Below, piece by piece: positions 19,075-27,992 of a stretch of DNA of 49,630 nucleotides. Origin of the DNA: Melioribacter roseus P3M-2 (GTDB lineage: Bacteria; Bacteroidota; Ignavibacteria; Kapaibacteriales; Kapaibacteriaceae); contig CAMCXP010000003.1 of assembly GCA_945883395.1 (NCBI GenBank), forward strand, positions 1 to 49,630, given 5' to 3'. Made by a program: the position numbers and the translations under genes. Below the pieces are notes generated by a model. It saw only the letters and a list, made by a program, of their open reading frames with translations. It was not told the DNA's origin and made no database searches. The stretch's first letter is position 1. Each line of letters begins with the position of its first letter.

Positions 19075-19710
19075 TTAGAACATGTAGCCGATCACGACAC
19101 CAACTTGGAAGTTGCCGATGAAGTCATCATCGCTGCGTGCAACCTTTGGAAGTGTATTCGACAGACCGTTATAGAGATGTCCGCCAAATCGGAAGTTGTC
19201 GATTGTGTATCCAACTTCAGCACAGATGCCGAGGTCGAGTGGACTCATGCCATCGGGATCGTTATCATCGAAATTGATCGACTCTGTTTGCGTCAGACCC
19301 AACGCTGTAGCAGTGAACTCACCTGCAATGCCGTAGCCCAAGTACGGACCAACGCCGAAATTCCAATTGCTTGTTCTGAAGTTGAGCTTTACGGGAACTT
19401 GGAGGTAGATCGGACTAGCTGAAATCGTTACGATGCTGGTTGAGCGCTTTGCCCCCTTACTTGTTACCTCGACACCAGTGCCAACGAAAAATGCGCTTGA
19501 GAGGGGAATGTCGACCACGCCTCCCACCATCCACGTGCGAACCGACGTGAGTTCCGTTGCGAATCCCTCGTAGTTGTACGTCGATGAGTTCAGCGCCGCC
19601 TTAACCCCGAAGCGTGGTTGCATGTTGACCTCTGGCTGCGCCTGTTCTTGTGCTGTGGCCGTGGAAACTGCTCCAACGGCAAGTACTGCAGTGATGAACT
19701 GCTTGATCAT
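19075..19710 (-). CDS. Small outer-membrane beta-barrel (porin family, PorT-like)
   Basis: Signal peptide, FGVKAALN, YLQVPV, GVGPYLGY, terminal VVIGYMF beta-signal. Confidence 0.88.
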   Translation of the reverse strand: MIKQFITAVLAVGAVSTATAQEQAQPEVNMQPRFGVKAALNSSTYNYEGFATELTSVRTWMVGGVVDIPLSSAFFVGTGVEVTSKGAKRSTSIVTISASPIYLQVPVKLNFRTSNWNFGVGPYLGYGIAGEFTATALGLTQTESINFDDNDPDGMSPLDLGICAEVGYTIDNFRFGGHLYNGLSNTLPKVARSDDDFIGNFQVGVVIGYMF

Positions 19711-19955
19711 GGAATACCCCTAAAACTCATGAACGATGAAACAACATCTGCCTCGGTGCTGCAGACCCATGCAAAGATCGGGCGCTCTCGCCTACCTCGC
19801 AAGATGTGGGGTGCAAGTGGCTTCGATACGCAAACGCGGCATGGTAAGGGGCTAACACCACTGTTGCACGGATGGCGGTGATCATGGTCGGCAAATTACG
19901 CTGGCCCACAACAACCGGAACATGGCGTGGTACTCACCATATCTTACATTTGTAG

Positions 19956-20678
19956 ATGAAGATCTTCCTCGTAATCCTCCTCGCTGCATGCACGGTGCAT
20001 GCACAGCAACCAGACCTCAGCTCCCTTAACTGGGACGGTAGAATCGTCTATGAGTGCAACTCGATCAAGAGTGAGGGCCTCAAAGAAGTCTCCCGCTTCA
20101 TTTCAGATGGAGCACGGACAGTGTACATCGGAACGCCGATTGCGCTGTACACGTACGGCGTCCTCGCATCAGCGATCGATGAGCCGTCAGCTGCAAATCG
20201 CTACGCCGCGCAGACGGGACTTCAGGCGGCGACAGCACTTGTGCTGTCGTATGGGATTGCTGTAGGAGCCAAGAACATCGTTAATCGTGAGCGTCCCTAC
20301 GTAGCTCATCCCGACCTCATTGTTAACGGTGAGGGGAGAGTTGATACACATATGAACTCCTTCCCATCCGGACACACCACGGGAACGGCAGCAATGACAA
20401 CGACGCTGATCTTACGGTATCCGAAATGGTATGTGATTGCCCCTTCCGTTGGATATGCCCTCTGGATGGGATTCTCGCGCATGAACCTCGGCGTTCACTA
20501 CTTCACGGATGTTATGAGCGGGTATGCCATCGGAGCAGGTGTTGCCTGTGGCGTTCATCTGTTGAGCAATGAACTCTTCAAGCTCGCCGAGCCAATTCTC
20601 CCGTCTGATGGTTCTCTTGCTGTTGGTCTCGGCGGTACGCCAACAAATCCGGTCTTCACGCTCTCGATGACCTTCTAA
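19956..20678 (+). CDS. PAP2-family phosphatase with signal peptide
   Basis: KNIVNRERP (C1), SFPSGHT (C2), SRMNLGVHYFTDV (C3). Confidence 0.92.
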   Translation: MKIFLVILLAACTVHAQQPDLSSLNWDGRIVYECNSIKSEGLKEVSRFISDGARTVYIGTPIALYTYGVLASAIDEPSAANRYAAQTGLQAATALVLSYGIAVGAKNIVNRERPYVAHPDLIVNGEGRVDTHMNSFPSGHTTGTAAMTTTLILRYPKWYVIAPSVGYALWMGFSRMNLGVHYFTDVMSGYAIGAGVACGVHLLSNELFKLAEPILPSDGSLAVGLGGTPTNPVFTLSMTF

Positions 20679-20709
20679 GCCGCTATCCAGTTAAGTCCAA
20701 CAACAAAAA

Positions 20710-20738
20710 AACCCCATCACGCTGGTCGTGATGGGGTT
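20710..20738. terminator. Terminator hairpin between the PAP2 gene and tRNA-Lys
   Basis: AACCCCATCACG-ctggt-CGTGATGGGGTT, preceded by an A-tract (U-tract on the minus strand). Confidence 0.8.
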
Positions 20739-20748
20739 GTATCGTCTG

Positions 20749-20822
20749 TGCTCCCTCGGGGACTCGAACCCCGGGCCCTCTGATTAAGAGTCAGATGCTC
20801 TAACCAGCTGAGCTAAGGAAGC
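20749..20822 (-). tRNA. tRNA-Lys (CTT)
   Basis: Acceptor GCTTCCT/AGGGAGC, D-arm TAGCTCAGCTGGTTAGAGC, anticodon arm TCTGA-CTCTTAA-TCAGA, T-loop GGTTCGAGTCC; CCA not encoded. Confidence 0.97.
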
Positions 20823-20825
20823 GCA

Positions 20826-20856
20826 CAAAGATACGGAGCTCCCGGAAATCTGCAAG
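20826..20856 (-). promoter_or_regulatory. tRNA-Lys promoter: CTTG-N19-TATCTTTG
   Basis: Resembles the Bacteroidota -33/-7 architecture; the -7 box ends 3 nt before the mature tRNA 5' end. Confidence 0.7.
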
Positions 20857-20877
20857 GGTAAGGGGGCGAAAACGACA

Positions 20878-20911
20878 CGAGCCGCTCATCCTTGGAAGAA
20901 TGAGCGGCTCG
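20878..20911 (-). terminator. Hairpin downstream of hppA
   Basis: CGAGCCGCTCAT...ATGAGCGGCTCG, 12-bp stem. Confidence 0.65.
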
Positions 20912-20935
20912 CATGATTGTGCGATGTGCGATACC

Positions 20936-23053
20936 TTACTTGAACATCTTCAGCAGGATGCCACCGTTCGCTGCAAACGCACCTGCGAATACGAGCGAGA
21001 TGATGGCCATGAGCTTGATGAGGATGTTCAGGGCCGGACCAGATGTATCCTTGAACGGATCACCAACGGTGTCGCCAACAACAGCAGCCTTGTGCGAGTC
21101 GCTGCCCTTACCACCATGGACACCTGTTTCGATGTACTTCTTGGCGTTATCCCATGCACCACCAGAGTTGGCCATGCTGATGGCAAGCATCACGCCGACC
21201 ACAAGCGAGCCGATGAGGACGCCGGCGAGCATCTGCACGCCAAAGAGGAAGCCAACGAGGAGTGGCGTGAGAATCACAAGCAGACCCGGTGCGATCATCT
21301 CGCGAATCGATGCTGCCGTTGAGATGTCAACGCACTTTGCATAGTCCGGCTTAGCTGTGCCTTCCATCAGACCAGGGATGGTACGAAACTGACGGCGAAC
21401 TTCTTCGATCATAGCAAAGGCTGCCTTGCCGACGCTCTTCATTGTCATGGCGCTGAACGCAAACGGCAACGCGCCGCCAACAAGAAGTCCAGCAAGAACA
21501 TTTGCATTTGTGATTTCAAGCGACAACGTGTTGCCACCAGTTTGCGCACGTGTGAGGAAGGCACTTGTGAGTGCAAGCGAGGTGAGCGCCGCCGAGCCAA
21601 TAGCAAAGCCCTTACCGATGGCAGCTGTCGTATTACCCGCAGCGTCCAGCGCGTCGGTACGCGTGCGAATGTCTTTACCCATCTGTGCCATTTCGGCGAT
21701 ACCACCAGCGTTGTCCGATGTTGGACCATACGCGTCGATCGTCAGACCAACAGCGATCGTTCCAAGCATACCGATCGCTGTAAGCGCGATACCGTACATG
21801 CCAGCAAAGGTGTATCCAACAACAACGCTTATCGCGATCAGTAACATCGGGATCACAGCCGAATTATACCCCAGGGCAAGACCGTAGATGATTGTGGTTG
21901 CCGCACCCGTCTTTGATGCATCGGCAACTTCACGCACCGGCTTGTAGCGATGTGACGTGTAGAATTCGGTAACAAGACCAATCGCAAGGCCAGCAATCAA
22001 ACCAACGGCAAGTGCGATGTACACACCCATTGCTGCCACCGTCACGGTACCAACCATGAAGGTGTTGTTGCCAAACGCCCACATCGTGATCGGGTATAGG
22101 GCAACAAGCATGAACAGCGTCGAAATGATCAGCGCATTCTTGAGTGCGCCTTCTACCTTGTCCTCCTGCGTTGCACGCACGAATGGAAGTGCAAGGATCG
22201 ATGCTACAATACCAATGCCGTTCACAAGCATCGGGAAGAGCAGAATATTCAAGTCTGTGCCACCCGTTGCTTGGTAGCCTACAGCACCAATGACGAGCGC
22301 TGCACATGTCGATTCAGCAACCGAACCAAAGAGGTCTGCACCCATGCCTGCGATGTCACCAACGTTGTCACCAACGTTGTCAGCGATCACTGCAGGGTTG
22401 CGAGGATCATCTTCAGGAATTCCTGCTTCGATCTTACCCACAAGGTCCGCGCCGACGTCAGCAGCCTTGGTATAGATACCGCCACCAACACGTCCGAAGA
22501 GTGCTACAGCAGATCCGCCAAGACCGAAGCCGGAGAGGATCTCCATTTGCTGTTCAGCAGTCAGACCAGGGACCAACGAGTCGATACCTAGCCACACAAG
22601 AATCAGACCAATTACGGCAAGACCCGTGAGACCAAAGCCCATCACCGCACCCGATTCAAACGCCACGCGGAATGACTTCTGCAGTGACTCACGTGCAGCC
22701 GATGCCGTACGTACGTTGCCGACCGTGGCAATGCGCATACCGATGTATCCTGCCGCTACGGATGTTCCCGCACCGATGAGGAAGGCAACAGCTGTTTCAA
22801 GACCGTGCTGCACTGTTGCGGCGATCACAACAGCAAACAAGGCCATGAAGATGGAGAGCACGCGATACTCGCGGCTCAAAAATGCCATTGCACCCTCTGC
22901 GATCGCAGAGGAGATTTCCTTCAAGCGCAAGAGTTCTTCTGGGTTAGCAGCACCGTCCTCGATTTTTACCGCGAGTACGCGCTGACGGAAGAACAATGCC
23001 ATGATCAGAGCGAGCAGTCCCAGCCCTCCGATCAGTCCTACGACGAGATTCAT
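20936..23053 (-). CDS. hppA: Membrane-bound pyrophosphatase, K+-dependent, plant/AVP1-like H+-pumping type
   Basis: [46 protein letters not shown] (Ala = K+-dependent), [14 protein letters not shown]. Confidence 0.96.
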   Translation of the reverse strand: MNLVVGLIGGLGLLALIMALFFRQRVLAVKIEDGAANPEELLRLKEISSAIAEGAMAFLSREYRVLSIFMALFAVVIAATVQHGLETAVAFLIGAGTSVAAGYIGMRIATVGNVRTASAARESLQKSFRVAFESGAVMGFGLTGLAVIGLILVWLGIDSLVPGLTAEQQMEILSGFGLGGSAVALFGRVGGGIYTKAADVGADLVGKIEAGIPEDDPRNPAVIADNVGDNVGDIAGMGADLFGSVAESTCAALVIGAVGYQATGGTDLNILLFPMLVNGIGIVASILALPFVRATQEDKVEGALKNALIISTLFMLVALYPITMWAFGNNTFMVGTVTVAAMGVYIALAVGLIAGLAIGLVTEFYTSHRYKPVREVADASKTGAATTIIYGLALGYNSAVIPMLLIAISVVVGYTFAGMYGIALTAIGMLGTIAVGLTIDAYGPTSDNAGGIAEMAQMGKDIRTRTDALDAAGNTTAAIGKGFAIGSAALTSLALTSAFLTRAQTGGNTLSLEITNANVLAGLLVGGALPFAFSAMTMKSVGKAAFAMIEEVRRQFRTIPGLMEGTAKPDYAKCVDISTAASIREMIAPGLLVILTPLLVGFLFGVQMLAGVLIGSLVVGVMLAISMANSGGAWDNAKKYIETGVHGGKGSDSHKAAVVGDTVGDPFKDTSGPALNILIKLMAIISLVFAGAFAANGGILLKMFK

Positions 23054-23098
23054 GCGGTCCCTTTCACGTGGTCCATCAAAAAAATGATCAGTTTTTCG

Positions 23099-23106
23099 TA
23101 CGTTTG
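23099..23106 (+). promoter_or_regulatory. -7 promoter box TACGTTTG for tRNA-Val
   Basis: Exact TAnnTTTG ending 11 nt upstream of the tRNA. Confidence 0.65.
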
Positions 23107-23117
23107 TGCTCTCGCAA

Positions 23118-23191
23118 GGACGCTTAGCTCAGTTGGTTAGAGCGTTACGTTGACATCGTAAAGGTCACTGGTTCGAATCCAGTAGCGTCCA
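23118..23191 (+). tRNA. tRNA-Val (GAC)
   Basis: Acceptor GGACGCT/AGCGTCC, anticodon arm TTACG-TTGACAT-CGTAA, T-loop GGTTCGAATCC. Confidence 0.97.
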
Positions 23192-23222
23192 CACCAGCCC
23201 CCTTGCTTGGGGTCAAAGATAC

Positions 23223-23251
23223 AAAGCCTGTCACTGTGTGATGGGCTTTTT
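23223..23251 (+). terminator. tRNA-Val terminator
   Basis: AAAGCCTGTCAC-tgt-GTGATGGGCTTT stem (two G-U pairs on the plus strand) running into a T-tract. Confidence 0.7.
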
Positions 23252-23282
23252 ACGTCCACACCAACCTTTGACTCTTCAATGA

Positions 23283-23316
23283 AAATGCCCCGGATCTCAT
23301 GAGATCCGGGGCATTT
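23283..23316 (-). terminator. Perfect 34-bp palindrome downstream of citrate synthase, probable terminator
   Basis: AAATGCCCCGGATCTCA|TGAGATCCGGGGCATTT. Confidence 0.75.
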
Positions 23317-23337
23317 GGTGTTATGGCAGTTGCGTGA

Positions 23338-24609
23338 TTAGGCCTTGGCGCTGAGCTCTTCGAGGGTGAGCGACTTCGGGCGAACAATTGGGGATGACAT
23401 CATGCGGTTGACAACCATCTGTGAGCACAGACCGATCGCACGGGACACACCAAACATCACTGTGTAGAAGTCGAACTCTGTCATGCCATATGCATAGAGC
23501 AGCGAGCCCGATGCAGCATCAACGTTCGGCCATGGGTTCTTCGCCTTACCGTGCTCCGTGAGGATGCCTGGGACCAGACGGAAAATCTTGTGCACGATCT
23601 GGACGTTTTCGTCGGTCAGGCCATTGTTAACACCGAAATCATGGAACGCTGTGAAGCGTGGATCAGTTACGCGGAGAACGGCGTGACCATATCCCGGAAT
23701 GACTTGTCCGTTGTTGAGTCGGCTCCATGTGTACTCTGTGAGCTGCTCATCTGTTGGTACGCCACCGAATTGCTCGCGGACGTCCATGATGAAGCGCAGA
23801 CACTCTTGGTTCGCAAGACCGTGCAACGGGCCGGCCAGACCACACATAGCAGCTGATACGCTGTAGAACGGATCGCTGAGTGCCGAGCTCACAACGTATG
23901 ATGTCATGGCGCTCACGTTACCGCCTTCGTGGTCTGAGTGGAGCACGAGGTACAGACGAACGAGTTCCTTCCACGCTGGGTCGTTGCTGACACCGAGCAT
24001 GTGCGCGAAGTTGTTCGACAGGTCGTTGTCGTCTGCAAGCGGTGCAATCACCTCGCCCTTGTTGAAGCGAATGCGGTAGATCGCAGCTGCTATGCCCGGC
24101 ATCGATGCAATCAGGCGGATCGAATCATTGACCATCGACTGCCACAGTGCGTCCTTGCCTGCCCCCTTGTCGTAGGCTGCACGGAACTCGCTCTCTCGCT
24201 CCAACGTAAGCAAGCCAACACTAAGCATCGCCATTGGATGTGAATCCTTCGGCATTGCATTGAGCGTATCAACCACATATTGCGGCACAACGTAGTGCTT
24301 GGCAAATGCAGCGCGAAGTTCGGCAAGTTCTTCCTCTGTTGCACGCTCGCCTGTGACGAGCAACCAGAAGGTCTCCTCCGGCGTGATATTCGTAAGGTCG
24401 AGGATTGGGGCGTTGCGAATGCGCAAGCCTTCGTCGGCTGAAACGCTTGATGTATCGCATACCAAGGCGGGAACTCCACGCATACCGCCGAGCACTTGCT
24501 CGATGGTGACGCTGCCGAGAACAGTCTCGCCATGCTCCTTGAGAAGGCTTGTGCGCTTTGCACGAAGTACTTCAGCTTGTGAAACGAGTTTGGTATGTAG
24601 GATGCTCAT
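23338..24609 (-). CDS. gltA: Citrate (Si)-synthase, eukaryote/mitochondrial-like type
   Basis: GGMRG, LHSDHEGGNVSA, GLAGPLHGLANQE, IPGYGHAVLRVTDPR, KNPWPNVDA; start ATG 24609 with GGAG and TAGTTTTG (24636-24643) upstream. Confidence 0.95.
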   Translation of the reverse strand: MSILHTKLVSQAEVLRAKRTSLLKEHGETVLGSVTIEQVLGGMRGVPALVCDTSSVSADEGLRIRNAPILDLTNITPEETFWLLVTGERATEEELAELRAAFAKHYVVPQYVVDTLNAMPKDSHPMAMLSVGLLTLERESEFRAAYDKGAGKDALWQSMVNDSIRLIASMPGIAAAIYRIRFNKGEVIAPLADDNDLSNNFAHMLGVSNDPAWKELVRLYLVLHSDHEGGNVSAMTSYVVSSALSDPFYSVSAAMCGLAGPLHGLANQECLRFIMDVREQFGGVPTDEQLTEYTWSRLNNGQVIPGYGHAVLRVTDPRFTAFHDFGVNNGLTDENVQIVHKIFRLVPGILTEHGKAKNPWPNVDAASGSLLYAYGMTEFDFYTVMFGVSRAIGLCSQMVVNRMMSSPIVRPKSLTLEELSAKA

Positions 24610-24703
24610 AGGGTCAACTCCAGTGGTATAACTTGCAAAACTACGAAAGCTAAAGGACGGAAAGAACGTAACTTTATCGTTAAACGGTTCGTTAGACGCA
24701 CCC

Positions 24704-25999
24704 ATGAAGAAAATCGGCGTTATCATCTCGCACGAATACCGGATCCGTGTTCGGGCTAAGTGGTTTATCATCTCTACACTTTTGGCTCCGCTCGGAGTTG
24801 CCCTGCTGATCGCTGTGCCCGTAATCGCAGCATTGCTTGCAGGCGACGGTACCGAGGGGAAGATCGCCCTAGTCGACCGAACCGGATTGATCGCTCCGGC
24901 GGTTGTGGCCTCGGATACGGCCCGATTTGAGCTGGTCGGCTCACGGTCGGAGCGGGACCTCGCGCAAGCGGTTCGGGACGAGTCAATCCAGGCCTACGTG
25001 GTGATCCCGGAGAATGTCCTGGATTCAGGTGCAGTAACGATGTATTCTCGAGGTGGCTCGGGTATTGCCTTCTCGTCGTCGATTGAAAGCGCGATCGAGC
25101 CGGTCGTTACGCGTGCACGCCTTACGCAACGTGGAACAGACACCTCGGTGATCGATCTGGTCGAGCAGGGCGTCCGCGTTATCGGCCTCAAGCAGACAGA
25201 CGAGGGTGTGAAGGCCGATACCAGCGAAGCATCTGCGATGATTGGCTACATCAGTGGCTTCGTGATCTACATGCTGATCTTCCTGTACGGCTCGATGGTG
25301 ATGCGCGGTGTGGTCGAGGAAAAGGCCAACCGCATCATCGAAGTGATTGCCAGCTCTGCACGCCCCTTCGAGATCATGATGGGGAAGGTTGTCGGTATTG
25401 GCCTCGTCGGGCTCACACAGCTAAGCGCGTGGTTTGTGCTCGGCAGCATTGTAACGACGGTGGCAGGTCTTGCACTGTCATCATCATTGCCAGCGCCGGA
25501 TCCAACGAATCCAATGATGCAAGAGGGCGGACTGAGCGCAGTGCTTGCGCAGGAGGGTATCGCCCTTCCTGAGATTCACATCGTATCGATTCTAATGTTC
25601 ATCTTCAACTTCTTCGCAGGCTACTTCCTCTATGCATCGCTCTTCGCAGCTGTTGGCTCAGCCGTCGATCAAGAAGCAGATGCAAACTCGTTGTCGTTTC
25701 CAGTTACACTCCCAATTGGTATCACGATGCTGTTTATCGGGAATGTTATTGCCACACCAAACGGTACACTTGCTACGGTGTTGTCGATGATCCCGCTGTT
25801 CTCGCCGATCTTGATGACGGTTCGCGTTGCAGCAACCGATGTGCCGTGGTGGCAGTTGGTTGGGTCGATGGTGTTCAGTGTTGCGGGTTTCTTTGGCGCT
25901 ATATGGATTGCTTCGCGCATCTACCGCATCGGCATTCTGAGTTATGGAAAGAAGCCGTCGCTGAAGGAGATCGCGCGCTGGATTACTCAGCGTGTGTGA
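24704..25999 (+). CDS. ABC-2 type transporter permease (NatB/YhaP-like)
   Basis: N-terminal TM, periplasmic loop, YGSMVMRGVVEEKANRIIEVIASS...MMGKVVG, YASLFAAVGS, IYRIGIL-x-YGK. Confidence 0.92.
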   Translation: MKKIGVIISHEYRIRVRAKWFIISTLLAPLGVALLIAVPVIAALLAGDGTEGKIALVDRTGLIAPAVVASDTARFELVGSRSERDLAQAVRDESIQAYVVIPENVLDSGAVTMYSRGGSGIAFSSSIESAIEPVVTRARLTQRGTDTSVIDLVEQGVRVIGLKQTDEGVKADTSEASAMIGYISGFVIYMLIFLYGSMVMRGVVEEKANRIIEVIASSARPFEIMMGKVVGIGLVGLTQLSAWFVLGSIVTTVAGLALSSSLPAPDPTNPMMQEGGLSAVLAQEGIALPEIHIVSILMFIFNFFAGYFLYASLFAAVGSAVDQEADANSLSFPVTLPIGITMLFIGNVIATPNGTLATVLSMIPLFSPILMTVRVAATDVPWWQLVGSMVFSVAGFFGAIWIASRIYRIGILSYGKKPSLKEIARWITQRV

Positions 26000-27923
26000 T
26001 TACAAGGGGCAGGGTGTAGGTAGCACCTGGCTCTTCAATCACAATCGAGTAGCCGCCGCTGGCAAATCCTGCTGTCGACATGGAGTGTTCTGTTGTACCA
26101 GACGTGATGCGGTCGCGTACCACGACGCGTCCATCGACGGACACAATACTGATACGCGCCTCGCGCTGTGACGACGTCCGCATGATGCGCACGCGATCAG
26201 CCGCTGGGTTTGGTGCAACGCTGTAGCGTTCCTGCGCGGAGCTGTGATGCTCATCCGCAGATGTTACGGTCGACTTCACGATCGATGCCAGAACGCGTGA
26301 GCGTGTGCCCGTGTTGATTCCAATCAGTGAATCACACGTCACGGTCCACGATCCATCCGCTGCACAATACATGATCGTGTCGATGATCGTACTACGCTCA
26401 CCATCGCGACGCGCATAGGTAATGTTCAGGGGCAGCGTAGTGAATATTGGCCAACCTTGTGTGGTTGGTTGTACTTGACGAATGCGTACGCGCATGTCGG
26501 TGATGTTGTGTTCAACGTCGAGCAATGCCCAACCTTTGCTGGTAACCCATTCGTTGAAGAACGCCGCAGTCCGATCACCTAATGCAGGCTGCATCGCGAT
26601 ACGGAAGTCGTCCGTCGTTGCATTGCCAAAGGTGTTGTCGGCCACGTAGGCTTTCATCGCATCGAAGAAGGCAGAATCGCCGGCGATGGCACGCGCCATT
26701 GCTAGTACAACTGCACCCTTCTGATAAATCGTCGCAGGGTAGTTCGATGATGGCGACGTGCGCGGATAATCCTCGAGTGCGAAGGTACCCTCACGTGGTG
26801 CGATCTGCGTGATGTACGTGCGTGCTTTCGATTGCACGGATGCAAGGTAGGCGGCAGCACCACGCAGATGCTCTAACCACACACTTTCGCTGAAGGTCGC
26901 AAAACTCTCACTCAGCCACGCGTAGCGGAAGTCTTGCGGTGTAACGCAATCGCCAAACCACTGATGCGCAAGCTCGTGCGCAGCAACGATGTTTGCGGTG
27001 TCGCGCCGTTGCACTTCACTGAGTGCAATGGCAATCATGCCTTGATGTTCCATTGAGCCAAGCTGCGAGGTGTAGTACCCAACTTTCGAAAACGGGTACT
27101 GACCATATAGCCTCGAATAGGTCTCGGTCATGCGCGGCACACGTGAAAATGCAATCGCAGCCGATGCGCTATCACGACGGCGCATGTAGAAGATGTGCGG
27201 TACAACACCTGGCGCTGTTTGCGTGATGTAGCGTCCGGCTGCAAACGTGAGCAAGTATGTCGCCGAGGGACGGGTTTCTGTCCACTCATACGTTGCACGA
27301 CCGTCGGGCGCAACTGCAACTGGCGTAGCTACACCATTGGATGCAACAAGCCATTGGGCGTTTGGCACGGTGAAACGCGCATGAAACGTGGCCTTATCCG
27401 ATGGATGGTCATAACACGGAAGCCAGTGTTGCGTTGCCGAGACGTTCGGGCTCGCGAAGCCAACACCCAAACAATACAGAACGCTATCCTGGTAGTGCAC
27501 GCCGCCCCATGCCGAGGGTCCGCCCTCGTTGGTCATGGTGCCACTGTAGAACACATCGATGGTATCACATTGGTTGCGCTTAACACGTGCGTTGATCGCA
27601 ACGGCGTAGTGCATTGTATCGACGTTGTCCGTTCCCACGCGAGGTGCTGATGTGCGCGAACGCTGCTGTTGGATCACAAACACCGAATCGATGGTCAGTC
27701 CACGCAGATTGATAGGGAAGGTCGACACCACAGTGTCGGCCATCCAACGCACGGCGATGCGGCAGCGTCCGACGATTGTCTTTGCAGCTGGATTCGGGAA
27801 GGTGATGTCGGCATCGTAGTGCTCAACATCAAACGCCTGTGGTCGGAAGAACGTTGGCGAGGAGACTTGTGAGAGCGCGGGTGTTGCGCTCACAAGAAGC
27901 AAGGCGAGGAGGAAACGTACCAT
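25983..27923 (-). CDS. Secreted M1-family aminopeptidase with T9SS CTD
   Basis: WLPCYDHPSDKATF, GSMEH (GxMEN-like), HELAHQWFG-x-WLSE, YQKGA; CTD VAPNPAAD...VDGR...SGGYSI. Confidence 0.92.
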   Translation of the reverse strand: MVRFLLALLLVSATPALSQVSSPTFFRPQAFDVEHYDADITFPNPAAKTIVGRCRIAVRWMADTVVSTFPINLRGLTIDSVFVIQQQRSRTSAPRVGTDNVDTMHYAVAINARVKRNQCDTIDVFYSGTMTNEGGPSAWGGVHYQDSVLYCLGVGFASPNVSATQHWLPCYDHPSDKATFHARFTVPNAQWLVASNGVATPVAVAPDGRATYEWTETRPSATYLLTFAAGRYITQTAPGVVPHIFYMRRRDSASAAIAFSRVPRMTETYSRLYGQYPFSKVGYYTSQLGSMEHQGMIAIALSEVQRRDTANIVAAHELAHQWFGDCVTPQDFRYAWLSESFATFSESVWLEHLRGAAAYLASVQSKARTYITQIAPREGTFALEDYPRTSPSSNYPATIYQKGAVVLAMARAIAGDSAFFDAMKAYVADNTFGNATTDDFRIAMQPALGDRTAAFFNEWVTSKGWALLDVEHNITDMRVRIRQVQPTTQGWPIFTTLPLNITYARRDGERSTIIDTIMYCAADGSWTVTCDSLIGINTGTRSRVLASIVKSTVTSADEHHSSAQERYSVAPNPAADRVRIMRTSSQREARISIVSVDGRVVVRDRITSGTTEHSMSTAGFASGGYSIVIEEPGATYTLPLVITHAE

Positions 27924-27938
27924 GGCGTACAACATACC

Positions 27939-27971
27939 AAAAAGGGCCACCGCCGTGAAGCAGTGGCCCTT
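27939..27971 (-). terminator. Terminator of the 27993-30302 gene
   Basis: AAGGGCCAC(c)GC-cgtgaa-GC(a)GTGGCCCTT, fully paired on the minus strand with one G-U, followed by a U-tract. Confidence 0.8.
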
Positions 27972-27992
27972 GGAGAGATCAAGAGAGGCGCC

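Noticed and set aside
19711-19955. Possible riboswitch or ncRNA in one of the longest intergenic regions
   Set aside because: No conserved riboswitch motifs recognised; the content is explained by divergent promoters. An Rfam scan would settle it
20749-23191. tRNAs as possible integration sites
   Set aside because: No integrase, no duplicated tRNA 3' end and no obvious compositional break
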